Assembly (NCBI RefSeq): GCF_001652585.1
Contig: NZ_LWLG01000006.1
Span: 62,684-94,683, forward strand
DNA: 32,000 bases
DNA from: Thermosulfurimonas dismutans
GTDB lineage: Bacteria; Desulfobacterota; Thermodesulfobacteria; Thermodesulfobacteriales; Thermodesulfobacteriaceae
Reading direction: 5' to 3'
Position numbers and translations under genes: made by a program. Under the pieces are notes generated by a model. The model did no database searches. It was given only the letters and a program-made list of their open reading frames with translations, and was not told where the DNA came from. Below, one piece after another: positions 1 to 7,612 of this stretch. Position 1 is the stretch's first letter. Every line of letters starts with the position of its first letter.

Positions 1-1745
1 CTCAAGATGTAGTCCACCTTAACCCCGAGATCGTGGGCCATCTCAGGCTGATTAGTGGTATCCGCATGCCGACGGCCATACACAGTGTAACTGTACCAGG
101 AATAGTTCCAGGGATTATCCGGGTTCGAGTTCACTGGCGTATAATCCGTTCCCCCTACACTAGTGCCTATAGCCTCCTCCGGGCAAGCCGCGTGCTTGAA
201 GGCGTAAGGATCATCTACGTAGAGGAAGTTATAGTCCGCCTTCACCTTTAGACCAGCCATAGGCTTCCAGGTGGCGCCCAATTTGAAGAGGTGTTCTGTA
301 GTCTCATCGGTCACATGATGTTCTTCGGCGTTCTTACGATCAATGTATTCCAACTCATAACCAAATCTGAAGGCCAACTCCCGGGAATAACGCCAGGAAA
401 GATCTGCGGAGAAGATATACTCGTCCTCGTCGTAGGCGGACTTACGATTAAAACTGAAATCCTTGCCATCAATGGTGGGATCAGCGGGGTTGTAGTAAGG
501 GTCGAGCTGAATGTAAACATCATCACCGTCCATGGTGTGATACTTGGCCTTGACCGTGAGGCTCATATCCTTGCGAAGACGCCAATGCCAGTTGCCGGAG
601 AAAGCCAGGTAATCCACCTCAAGCTCTTCACCGGCATCTCCGTAGAGAAGACCGGAGCCACCCTCAGCTTCATCAGAGGACTCATTGGTGGCCTCGGAGT
701 AAACGAAACCAAGGTTAAGTATCTGGGAGGAAGAGATATCCCACTTGGCCTTCAGAGTGTGCTGCCACTTCTCGGATTCGGGCGTGCGCGCAAAGGGAAG
801 CTCGCCGTCGCTGTAGTCGTAGTTCAAGCCCCCCTCTCCCGGAAACTCTCCCGGGGCCAAACCAAAATCAGGCTTGAGGGCCGCCGCAGGATCGGTGGTA
901 GGGGCAGGCCCCTGGGCATTGAGATAGAGGTGGCGGGGAACGTCGCTGGAGGTGTTAAAGCTGCGATACATGAGGCTGTAACGCACCGTCCACCGGCCAA
1001 GACGGGCTTCAATGTACGGAATGTAATCATTGGTGTATTCCTCGATGTACTTGGAGTAAGCCGCTACGTGACAGCTAGAGCACTTGGAGACCGTACGGGC
1101 CTGATCCCAACCCTTGCGCTCCTCCATACGGTGAGTGAAGCCCAGCACCACACCGGGAACGGTAGGCAGACGCAAAATGGCGTCGTTTTTCCAGAGCGAG
1201 CGAGTTACCCCGTAATGGTGGACCTTCTCGTAGCTATCATGCCAAACCGCCGCCGAAGCTCCTTCCCAGACCCCATCATTATCAATATCTTTGACGTCTG
1301 GCATAGAAGACGGAGGAGTAAAGGTACTCGTATATTTTTCGGGATACCAAGTGCCACCCCGATATTCAGTAGCCGTGGCCTGGAGGTTCTCCATTAGGTC
1401 TCGGTCGAGCCTGTGATAGAACCTATAGTAGTTGCTCTTGAAAGAGAAAAGACGCCGAAAATCGAGGCTTCCGGAATACTCCTGATCGTTGACTTCAATG
1501 TAACGACCCTCAAGATTCAGGAGAAAATCTTTCTCGGCCAGACTGAACTTACCTCCTATATACCAGGAAGAGTCCATGTCCACTTGGCTTTTGTACTCTG
1601 CAGCCCGGTTGGGTACATCTCCGTAATCGTTTACCGAGGCCCCAAGGTTTACCTCTAGCTCGTAAGACTTCTCATCCTCGGCCCAGGCCTGGCTACATGT
1701 CAACACCAGACCTAGAGCCATCAACAATAAAATCAACCTCCTCAT
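1..1745 (-). CDS. Large outer-membrane beta-barrel-like protein, MtrB/PioB-like partner of the adjacent decaheme cytochrome. Partial: the C-terminus runs off the left edge. Not present in the supplied ORF track.
   Basis: I translated the minus strand by hand from the ATG at 1745-1743 down to position 3 and found no stop in 581 codons. A GGAGGAGG RBS lies just upstream (revcomp of 1750-1762). The N-terminus MRRLILLLMALGLVLTCSQAWA-EDEK is a Sec signal peptide with an AxA cleavage site. The body is Y/W/D/N/G-rich with alternating amphipathic stretches (for example LSWRYSRELAFRFGYELEYIDR and KLGATWKPMAGLKVKADYNFLYVDD), which is typical of OM beta-barrels. It sits 54 nt downstream of a decaheme cytochrome on the same strand. 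The function is inferred from context and composition only. Confidence 0.7.
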   Translation of the reverse strand, partial: MRRLILLLMALGLVLTCSQAWAEDEKSYELEVNLGASVNDYGDVPNRAAEYKSQVDMDSSWYIGGKFSLAEKDFLLNLEGRYIEVNDQEYSGSLDFRRLFSFKSNYYRFYHRLDRDLMENLQATATEYRGGTWYPEKYTSTFTPPSSMPDVKDIDNDGVWEGASAAVWHDSYEKVHHYGVTRSLWKNDAILRLPTVPGVVLGFTHRMEERKGWDQARTVSKCSSCHVAAYSKYIEEYTNDYIPYIEARLGRWTVRYSLMYRSFNTSSDVPRHLYLNAQGPAPTTDPAAALKPDFGLAPGEFPGEGGLNYDYSDGELPFARTPESEKWQHTLKAKWDISSSQILNLGFVYSEATNESSDEAEGGSGLLYGDAGEELEVDYLAFSGNWHWRLRKDMSLTVKAKYHTMDGDDVYIQLDPYYNPADPTIDGKDFSFNRKSAYDEDEYIFSADLSWRYSRELAFRFGYELEYIDRKNAEEHHVTDETTEHLFKLGATWKPMAGLKVKADYNFLYVDDPYAFKHAACPEEAIGTSVGGTDYTPVNSNPDNPWNYSWYSYTVYGRRHADTTNQPEMAHDLGVKVDYIL

Positions 1746-1799
1746 CCTAGCACCTCCTCCTATTTTTAAACTTTGGTTATTTCCCTGCATTTCAAACCC

Positions 1800-2858
1800 C
1801 TATCGGGTAAGCTTCTTACCCTGACCAGGAATGGTCTGAGACGGAAAGTCCGAACCGTGCACAGAAGGATGGCACTGCGTACACTTGGTAAGAAAGCTCT
1901 TCTGCCACCCCTCAGCTGTAGAGTGAATGTTAGGCGCCGAAGGATAACGCCAATCCTGGCCCACCGGATAACCTGCAGGATTAAAAGGATGGACCGTATC
2001 CTTATCGTTATACCTAGTGGCATGGAAGTGGACCTCATGACACTGCATGCACAGGAAGGGCTCGTTCTGCTTCAGCAGGTTGTTGGCCACCGCACCGTGG
2101 GGATCGTGGCAGATGGTGCAGTCCTCCACCACGGGCTCGTGTTCGAACACAAAAGGCCCCTGGTAGCGGGTATGACAGGTAAGACAAAGATCGTTCAACC
2201 GTTCCTCCGTTCTAAGCATGCCCGGGATGGGGTTACCCGTGCCATGAGGATTGTGACAGTCGGAACAGCCTAGGTGACCCTCCTTAACCGGGTGGTGAGA
2301 GGGGAAGAAGAGTTTGGACTGCACATCCCGGTGACAGGAAGCGCAGAGTTCAAGCTCGGCTTTGGCCAGCAGAGCCTCCCGCTTGTTCCCGTGCACTTTA
2401 TGACAGTCGGAACAGGCCACATCGTTTTCAAAGTGGGCAGAGAAGGCAAAGTGCATGGTCTCGCCGCCGGCGTGACAGGTCATGCAGACGGCACTGGCCT
2501 CCTCGCCTTCGAAGCCTTCCTCCCCGAAACGAATGATGGCTGAAAGTCCCTTTTCCGTATCGTCCTCCTGCATGGCCTCCACGTGCTTGGACCCCGGCCC
2601 ATGACAGCCCTCACAACCCTTGGCGTAGCCAGGAGCCTCATAATCCGCCAGTCTCAGGTGAACATTGGTCTTGGCATCCGCCGCGTAATCCTCGTGACAT
2701 TCTAGACAGGTTTCCGCACCCACATACTCTGCTCCCGGAGCCACTACCGGAGGTTTGAGGACCTGGGCCCGCTTCTCAGCTGCTTCCTTGGTACACGCTC
2801 CCAAAAAGAGAAGAAATACACCTAACAAGCCCGCCATCCATAGCTTTACCCTATCCAT
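1800..2858 (-). CDS. Decaheme c-type cytochrome, probable lipoprotein (MtrA/DmsE/PioA-like)
   Basis: Ten CXXCH motifs: CLECH, CEGCH, CMTCH, CSDCH, CASCH, CSDCH, CLTCH, CTICH, CMQCH, CTQCH. The GPFVFEHEPV...CTICHDPHG block is typical of the MtrA/DmsE family. I place the start at the ATG at 2858 (MDRVKLWMAGLLGVFLLFLGAC...) because GGAGGAGG lies 5 nt upstream. The track start at 2918 adds 20 residues in front of the signal peptide. LGAC forms a lipobox. Confidence 0.88.
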   Translation of the reverse strand: MDRVKLWMAGLLGVFLLFLGACTKEAAEKRAQVLKPPVVAPGAEYVGAETCLECHEDYAADAKTNVHLRLADYEAPGYAKGCEGCHGPGSKHVEAMQEDDTEKGLSAIIRFGEEGFEGEEASAVCMTCHAGGETMHFAFSAHFENDVACSDCHKVHGNKREALLAKAELELCASCHRDVQSKLFFPSHHPVKEGHLGCSDCHNPHGTGNPIPGMLRTEERLNDLCLTCHTRYQGPFVFEHEPVVEDCTICHDPHGAVANNLLKQNEPFLCMQCHEVHFHATRYNDKDTVHPFNPAGYPVGQDWRYPSAPNIHSTAEGWQKSFLTKCTQCHPSVHGSDFPSQTIPGQGKKLTR

Positions 2859-2889
2859 ACCAACCTCCTCCATAGATAATATCGCTAGA

Positions 2890-2918
2890 ATTTTGGCTAA
2901 CACCAAGGCAAAGGTCAA
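2890..2918 (-). promoter_or_regulatory. Candidate sigma-70-type promoter for the cytochrome/barrel operon
   Basis: On the minus strand: TTGACC (2918-2913), a 17-nt spacer, then CAAAAT (2895-2890), about 30 nt upstream of the 2858 start codon. Sequence match only. Confidence 0.25.
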
Positions 2919-3346
2919 ATCGTATTAACTGTAATTATCTCGTTTTTAACCTTTTTTTTACATTCTAATAGAAGCTTTCGCGCCGAGTCTCACCGGAGAT
3001 TAAAATTTCCGATATTTATAGCAAAAAATTTTTTCCGCCAGCTTTCCGCTAAAGCAGAGATCTGGATACCTAAACCCGTTGGCGTGTTTGAGATTGAAAT
3101 TGATCCGAATAGCTGATTTTAGCCAGTAGGTAAAAGGAAAATCGAAAAAACTAAAGCGCTGCAGGGAGTTTCAGGGGCGCAAGCTCCTCTGACGAAACGA
3201 TTAAGTGGAAATCAGTCTTTAAGGGAGGGTTGCCATTTTTAAAAATCGCGTAAGGATGTAAATTTAAATTGAAAAGAAGCCATATGTTGGTGAGAAGCTA
3301 TTCGATATAGACGATAAAAATAATAATGGAAGGAGGTTTTTAGAGA

Positions 3347-4456
3347 ATGATTGTCATCCTTAAACCGGAGGTTACCCCAGAAAGTCCGGAATTCCGAAAA
3401 ATTTACGACTATTTTGCCCGTTTTGAAGGTATAAAGCTTCGTGTGGCCCAGTATGAAGGTGTAAGCCGGAAAGTAATCGAGATCCATCTCATAGGAGATA
3501 CGCAAAAGGTGCCTTTAGAAGAAGTTCAGGCTTTACCGGGAGTAGAAAAGGCCATCCGGGTTTCGGCCAAGTATCGCCAGATCGGTCGACATGGAAGTCT
3601 TGAACCTTTTGGTTTTGAATATCAGGGACTGAAGTTCGATCAGGATTCTTTCCATGTTTTTGCCGGGCTCTGCGCGGTTGATTCCAAAGAAAATGCCGAG
3701 ACCATCTTCAAAGCCCTTTCCGAAAACGGTGTAGTCACCGCCCGTATGGGGGCCTACAAACCCCGCACCTCCCCGTACGATTTTCAGGGATTTGGCAAAG
3801 AATGTCTCCCTTGGCTCTTTGAACTCGCTGGAAAATACGGCATAAAGGTCATCGCCATGGAGGTACTCTCCCCTCATCACATAGACGAAATCCGGGAAGC
3901 CTTGGAGAAAACTGGACATCCCACCGGAGTGATGCTACAGATCGGAACCCGCAACGCCCAGAATTTTGAACTCCTGCGGGCGGTTGGAAGCCAAACCGAG
4001 TTTCCGGTACTCTATAAGCGGGGCATGGGGCTTTCCATTGAAGAATCCCTCAATGCCTGCGAATACATTGCCAGTGAAGGCAACCACAAAATTATCTTCT
4101 GTCTGCGAGGCGTAAGGACCCACTTGGGAGATCCCCACCGTAATCTAGTGGATTTCGGACATGTACCAGTGATTAAGCGTCAGACCAGGCTTCCGGTCTG
4201 CGTGGATCCATCGCATCCTATCGGTTCACGAGTAGCGGCTCCAGATGGTATTAAAGACATCTATCACGTGGCTGCCCAAGGTGTGATCGCAGGGGCCAAC
4301 ATGGTTTTGGTTGAGTTTCATCCCAAGCCAGAAGAAGCTCTCTGTGACGGTCCTCAGGCCCTTCAACTTGAAGAGCTCCCCTGGTTCTTAGAACACGTAA
4401 ATCTAGCCCGCGAGGCTTATCTGAAGATGCGGGAGCTGGTGAGTAAATATAGCTAA
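3347..4456 (+). CDS. aroF: 3-deoxy-7-phosphoheptulonate (DAHP) synthase, type I-beta, with an N-terminal ferredoxin-like regulatory domain
   Basis: Contains the GAYKPRTSPYDFQG, IGTRNAQNF and VDPSH motifs. The N-terminus MIVILKPEVT... closely parallels the regulatory domain of the Thermotoga-type enzyme. A GGAGG RBS lies 9 nt upstream. Confidence 0.9.
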   Translation: MIVILKPEVTPESPEFRKIYDYFARFEGIKLRVAQYEGVSRKVIEIHLIGDTQKVPLEEVQALPGVEKAIRVSAKYRQIGRHGSLEPFGFEYQGLKFDQDSFHVFAGLCAVDSKENAETIFKALSENGVVTARMGAYKPRTSPYDFQGFGKECLPWLFELAGKYGIKVIAMEVLSPHHIDEIREALEKTGHPTGVMLQIGTRNAQNFELLRAVGSQTEFPVLYKRGMGLSIEESLNACEYIASEGNHKIIFCLRGVRTHLGDPHRNLVDFGHVPVIKRQTRLPVCVDPSHPIGSRVAAPDGIKDIYHVAAQGVIAGANMVLVEFHPKPEEALCDGPQALQLEELPWFLEHVNLAREAYLKMRELVSKYS

Positions 4457-5380
4457 ATGCCCATCTTCGGTCCGGTTAGATCGCGAAGGCTGGGGCTTTC
4501 CCTAGGGGTGGACCTTGTTCCGTCCAAGGTCTGTTCTATGGATTGTGTGTATTGCGAGGTGGGCCGCACCACGCGGTTAACCCTGGAGAGGGCGGAATAT
4601 CGTCCGTTTTTCGAATTAAAAGCCAGTCTGAAGCGGGCTTTAAGAGAAAAAAATTATGATGTAGTGACCCTTACGGGTTCGGGTGAACCCACCCTGAATA
4701 TCATTTTCCCGGAGGTAGTCAAACTCGTAAGGAAGCTTACGGATAGGCCCATCGCAGTCCTTACCAACAGTACCACTCTGGAGTCCCCGGAGGTCTTCTC
4801 TGCCCTTTGCGAAGTGGATTATGTGCTGGCCTCTCTGGATGCCGCAAGGAGCGAGTCTTTCCGAAAGGTAAACCGTCCGGCGGCAGGCCTTGAGCCCGAG
4901 AGGATCGTGGAGGCCCTAGCGCGCTTGCGGGAGGCCATGTCCGGGGAGCTCTGGCTCGAGATCCTCCTGGTAAAAGGCCTGAATGATACCCCTGAGGATA
5001 TAGAGGCCCTGAAGAAGGCGGTTTTACGGATAAAGCCCCACCGGGTGCAATTAAATACCGTGGTGAGGCCGCCGGCCGATCCCCGAGCAAAGCCCCTCTC
5101 TTATGCCGAGCTCCTGGCCCTGGCCAGAGAGTTCGGCCCGGAAGCGGAAGTCTTAACGCGTCCTCCGGAAAGAAGGGCCGGTGGAGGCAAAATTGGAGCA
5201 GAAGAAATCTTGGCCTACCTCAGGCGCCGTCCGGCTCCAGCCGAAGAACTGGCCCGGGCCTTCGGAGTGAGCGCAGAAGAGATAAAAAGATTTCTGGAAA
5301 ACTTGGTTAAAGATAGAAAGATAGAATCACTCCTATTTAACGGGGTGGAATTCTTCCGTTTTCTTTCGAAGGATTTGTAA
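4457..5380 (+). CDS. Radical SAM protein (COG0731-like) with a C-terminal winged-helix-like domain
   Basis: CSMDCVYC is a CxxxCxxC cluster motif near the N-terminus, within FGPVRSRRLGLSLGVDLVP. A GSGEPTL glycine-rich SAM motif is present. The C-terminal ~60 aa (EEILAYLRRRPAPAEELARAFGVSAEEIKRFLENLVKDRKIE) look like a wHTH. The ATG directly abuts the aroF stop codon. Confidence 0.75.
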   Translation: MPIFGPVRSRRLGLSLGVDLVPSKVCSMDCVYCEVGRTTRLTLERAEYRPFFELKASLKRALREKNYDVVTLTGSGEPTLNIIFPEVVKLVRKLTDRPIAVLTNSTTLESPEVFSALCEVDYVLASLDAARSESFRKVNRPAAGLEPERIVEALARLREAMSGELWLEILLVKGLNDTPEDIEALKKAVLRIKPHRVQLNTVVRPPADPRAKPLSYAELLALAREFGPEAEVLTRPPERRAGGGKIGAEEILAYLRRRPAPAEELARAFGVSAEEIKRFLENLVKDRKIESLLFNGVEFFRFLSKDL

Positions 5381-5430
5381 ATACCGACCTTTGAAGCCAG
5401 TTTAATTTGGAGTCGATAAAAAGCTGGGTT

Positions 5431-7209
5431 TTATTCTGTGATCAAGATATAACGCACGTAACGAGGAGAGGGCGGGGACTCGGGATCGGCAAAAGCGTAT
5501 TCCTCCTCGAAACGGGAGGCCACAAACCTTAGAAAACTCTCGGTGAGTTCCGGGGCGTAGTAAAAGGTCTGTTGGGCGAGGCGCCTGAAGTTATCCAGAA
5601 GTTCCCGGAAAAGCTCTTCGGAAAACCGGTTTCTTTCCGAGTTAGAACGAACCTCCAGAAACCTTTCCAGAACTTCAGGCCACCTTTTCGCTGGAATAGG
5701 AGCAAACTTAAACTCCTGGGAAAGGACCCAGTTGGCCAATCCCGTAAGGATTAAGGCCGACCAGGTAATGTCCGAAGGTTCAAGGAAGTTGGTTTTTTGG
5801 GTAGCCATTTCCGCCACCCAAAGAGGCGGGATGCCAAAGGCCTTCTGAATAAGAACGGCCCAGTAACCGACTTCCTCAATGATCCTCTCCACCTGCCTTA
5901 CCTCGGAAAGCTCACGGAACCAGCGGTATTCCTCTGCGGTTCCGGCCTTATCCGGCACAAAAAACTTGATGCGGTTGGCGTCCCGTACCGTAACTCCTTT
6001 GAGATAGGAGGCATAGGGTTCATCAAGGTGTCTCAGGACACGGACATCCAGGTCCTCCTGAGAGCTGATTTCGCGAGCCTTTTTGCGAAGGCTTACGATC
6101 AGGGTGTGTGCTAGCCGGAAGATGTCCTCTAGGAAGTAAGTTTCAAGAATTCGTCGCCCAGCCTCTGGATCTGGCCCAGCTAGATATTCCAAACCGATAT
6201 TGAGATACCCCAAGACCTTATTTAAGGAATCCTCCACCTGGGCAATCTCGTCAATACTCACATGATCCACGATAAGGACCTTGTTGGTGATCCAGGCGAG
6301 CTCCCTTTTCAGGCGATCGAGCTGATGGGGATCCGTAATCCGAGAAAGGGCCTCGGAAAACCTCTCGGCCCCAGGATAATAAAGCGCCGGCACAAAACCA
6401 GGCGGGCTCTCTCCGGTTTCTTCTACTCGTCCGGGGAGGTAGCGCGGATCTATCCGACGAAGATGATTCTTGACTATTGGAGCGTAAACGTCCAAGGCCT
6501 CAAAGTAATCCGGAATCCCATGATCGGCCAGCCGCCCCCGACGCCAACGATAGGCCATCTCCTCTACCTGGGAGGGAAGCTCCCAGATGATGGCCTCCAT
6601 AAGGTTGTAGTAATAGTTCTCATCCATGTCCCGGATGATCTCAATGATGCGCCGGAAATAAAACTCAAGCTTTTGTTTTCTGAACTCCACGAAATAGACT
6701 TCATCTAAAGTATAGGGTGGGAGCCAGTCGCGGGCCTCGGTAAGATCTACATCGTCCGGGCGCTTCACTACCCGCACGAACCTTTGCATAATGGCTACCA
6801 GAAAATCGAAGTCCGCCACCCGAAGCCACTCGGCCACTTTGTCCTCAGAGGTCTCAAAAAGGAGAACTAGCCAGGCGGTAAACCTTTCAGGAGCAAGGCG
6901 ATCCTTCCGCCAGGCATCTATATCAAAAAGGAACTGAATTTGGGGCCCTTTGGCGTAGCTCAGGAGATCCACCGCTTCTTCCGTAGAGACGGCTTTGAGA
7001 GTGAGGAAAAGCTCCTGGGGAGGTAGGTTTTTTACCAGCCCTTCGGCCAGAGGCGAAAGCGTGATGACTCGGGCCCGGAGTTCCCAGGGAGTAGCAAGCA
7101 CAAGATCCATTTGCTCACGAAAACTGAGCTCCGTAAGAAGCTTTTCGGCCTCCTCCGCCGGCCGGGAGAGCAGGTCCTGATAGGTAACCGGAAGTTTACG
7201 TTCCGCCAT
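5431..7209 (-). CDS. Conserved hypothetical protein, 592 aa, largely helical, function unknown
   Basis: A long clean ORF with coding-like composition. Its start overlaps the yraN stop by 14 nt, which suggests the same transcription unit. The N-terminal ~110 aa resemble MgtE-N-type helical repeats, a weak impression only. I recognised no catalytic motif. Confidence 0.6.
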   Translation of the reverse strand: MAERKLPVTYQDLLSRPAEEAEKLLTELSFREQMDLVLATPWELRARVITLSPLAEGLVKNLPPQELFLTLKAVSTEEAVDLLSYAKGPQIQFLFDIDAWRKDRLAPERFTAWLVLLFETSEDKVAEWLRVADFDFLVAIMQRFVRVVKRPDDVDLTEARDWLPPYTLDEVYFVEFRKQKLEFYFRRIIEIIRDMDENYYYNLMEAIIWELPSQVEEMAYRWRRGRLADHGIPDYFEALDVYAPIVKNHLRRIDPRYLPGRVEETGESPPGFVPALYYPGAERFSEALSRITDPHQLDRLKRELAWITNKVLIVDHVSIDEIAQVEDSLNKVLGYLNIGLEYLAGPDPEAGRRILETYFLEDIFRLAHTLIVSLRKKAREISSQEDLDVRVLRHLDEPYASYLKGVTVRDANRIKFFVPDKAGTAEEYRWFRELSEVRQVERIIEEVGYWAVLIQKAFGIPPLWVAEMATQKTNFLEPSDITWSALILTGLANWVLSQEFKFAPIPAKRWPEVLERFLEVRSNSERNRFSEELFRELLDNFRRLAQQTFYYAPELTESFLRFVASRFEEEYAFADPESPPSPRYVRYILITE

Positions 7210-7612
7210 CCTCTATCACACCCTCAAGGTGTCTTATACAGGGTTTCTTTCCCGAAAAATCCAGGGCTATGACATCAAAGCGTACCCTTTTGGCCCTTCC
7301 TGCGTAAGAAGATAAGTAGGTTCTCGCTAGAGTTAAGAGCTTTTTCTGTTTAGCGGGATTTACGGCCTCCTCGGGAAGACCATGAGTAAGCTTACGACGG
7401 GCCTTAACTTCTATAAAGACCAGTGTATCCCCCCTTTCGGCGATGAGGTCTATCTCTCCGAGACGTGTCCGCCAGTTTCGGGCAAGAATTCGGTAACCTT
7501 TGAGTTTAAGATACCTTTCGGCCAGAGCCTCGGCCTCTTTACCGAGGCCCTGGCGGTCCGGTGAGGTCCGAAACCGGACGAAAAGTTCGGCGATGAATCG
7601 GGCAAGGGCCAT
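7196..7612 (-). CDS. YraN-family (UPF0102) endonuclease-like protein
   Basis: GEIDLIAERGDTLVFIEVKARR is the characteristic YraN/restriction-endonuclease-like core. No alternative in-frame start exists downstream of the ATG at 7612, so it overlaps the rnhB 3' end by 74 nt. Confidence 0.8.
   Translation of the reverse strand: MALARFIAELFVRFRTSPDRQGLGKEAEALAERYLKLKGYRILARNWRTRLGEIDLIAERGDTLVFIEVKARRKLTHGLPEEAVNPAKQKKLLTLARTYLSSYAGRAKRVRFDVIALDFSGKKPCIRHLEGVIEDGGT

Noticed and set aside
291-1397. A 368-aa plus-strand ORF from the supplied track
   Set aside because: It is the antisense shadow of the minus-strand barrel gene. The translation is G/R/V/I-rich and low in complexity, with no RBS or recognisable motif. 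The minus-strand frame has an RBS and a signal peptide, and stays open for 581 codons.
2859-2918. A 20-residue N-terminal extension of the decaheme cytochrome (track start at 2918)
   Set aside because: The extension precedes the signal peptide and has no RBS. The internal ATG at 2858 has GGAGGAGG 5 nt upstream, and the candidate -35 element overlaps position 2918.
3040-3095. A TPP-riboswitch-like string (gcagagatctggatacc...cccgttggcg)
   Set aside because: It only superficially resembles the CUGAGA / CCUGAUCUGGAUAAUGCCAGCG elements. The order and pairing partners do not fit, and neither flanking gene is thiamine-related.
3239-3505. An 88-aa minus-strand ORF spanning the aroF start
   Set aside because: It overlaps the well-supported aroF start and RBS. 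The translation is AT-rich with non-protein-like composition, and there is no RBS.
4761-5090. A 109-aa minus-strand ORF inside the radical SAM gene
   Set aside because: The P/R/G-rich translation is typical of an antisense frame in GC-rich coding sequence, and the region is fully covered by a motif-supported gene.
5381-5430. A possible bidirectional intrinsic terminator in the only convergent gap
   Set aside because: The only pairing is a 4-bp CCAG/CTGG stem with a loop of more than 20 nt. There is a weak U-tract on one side. This is not convincing.
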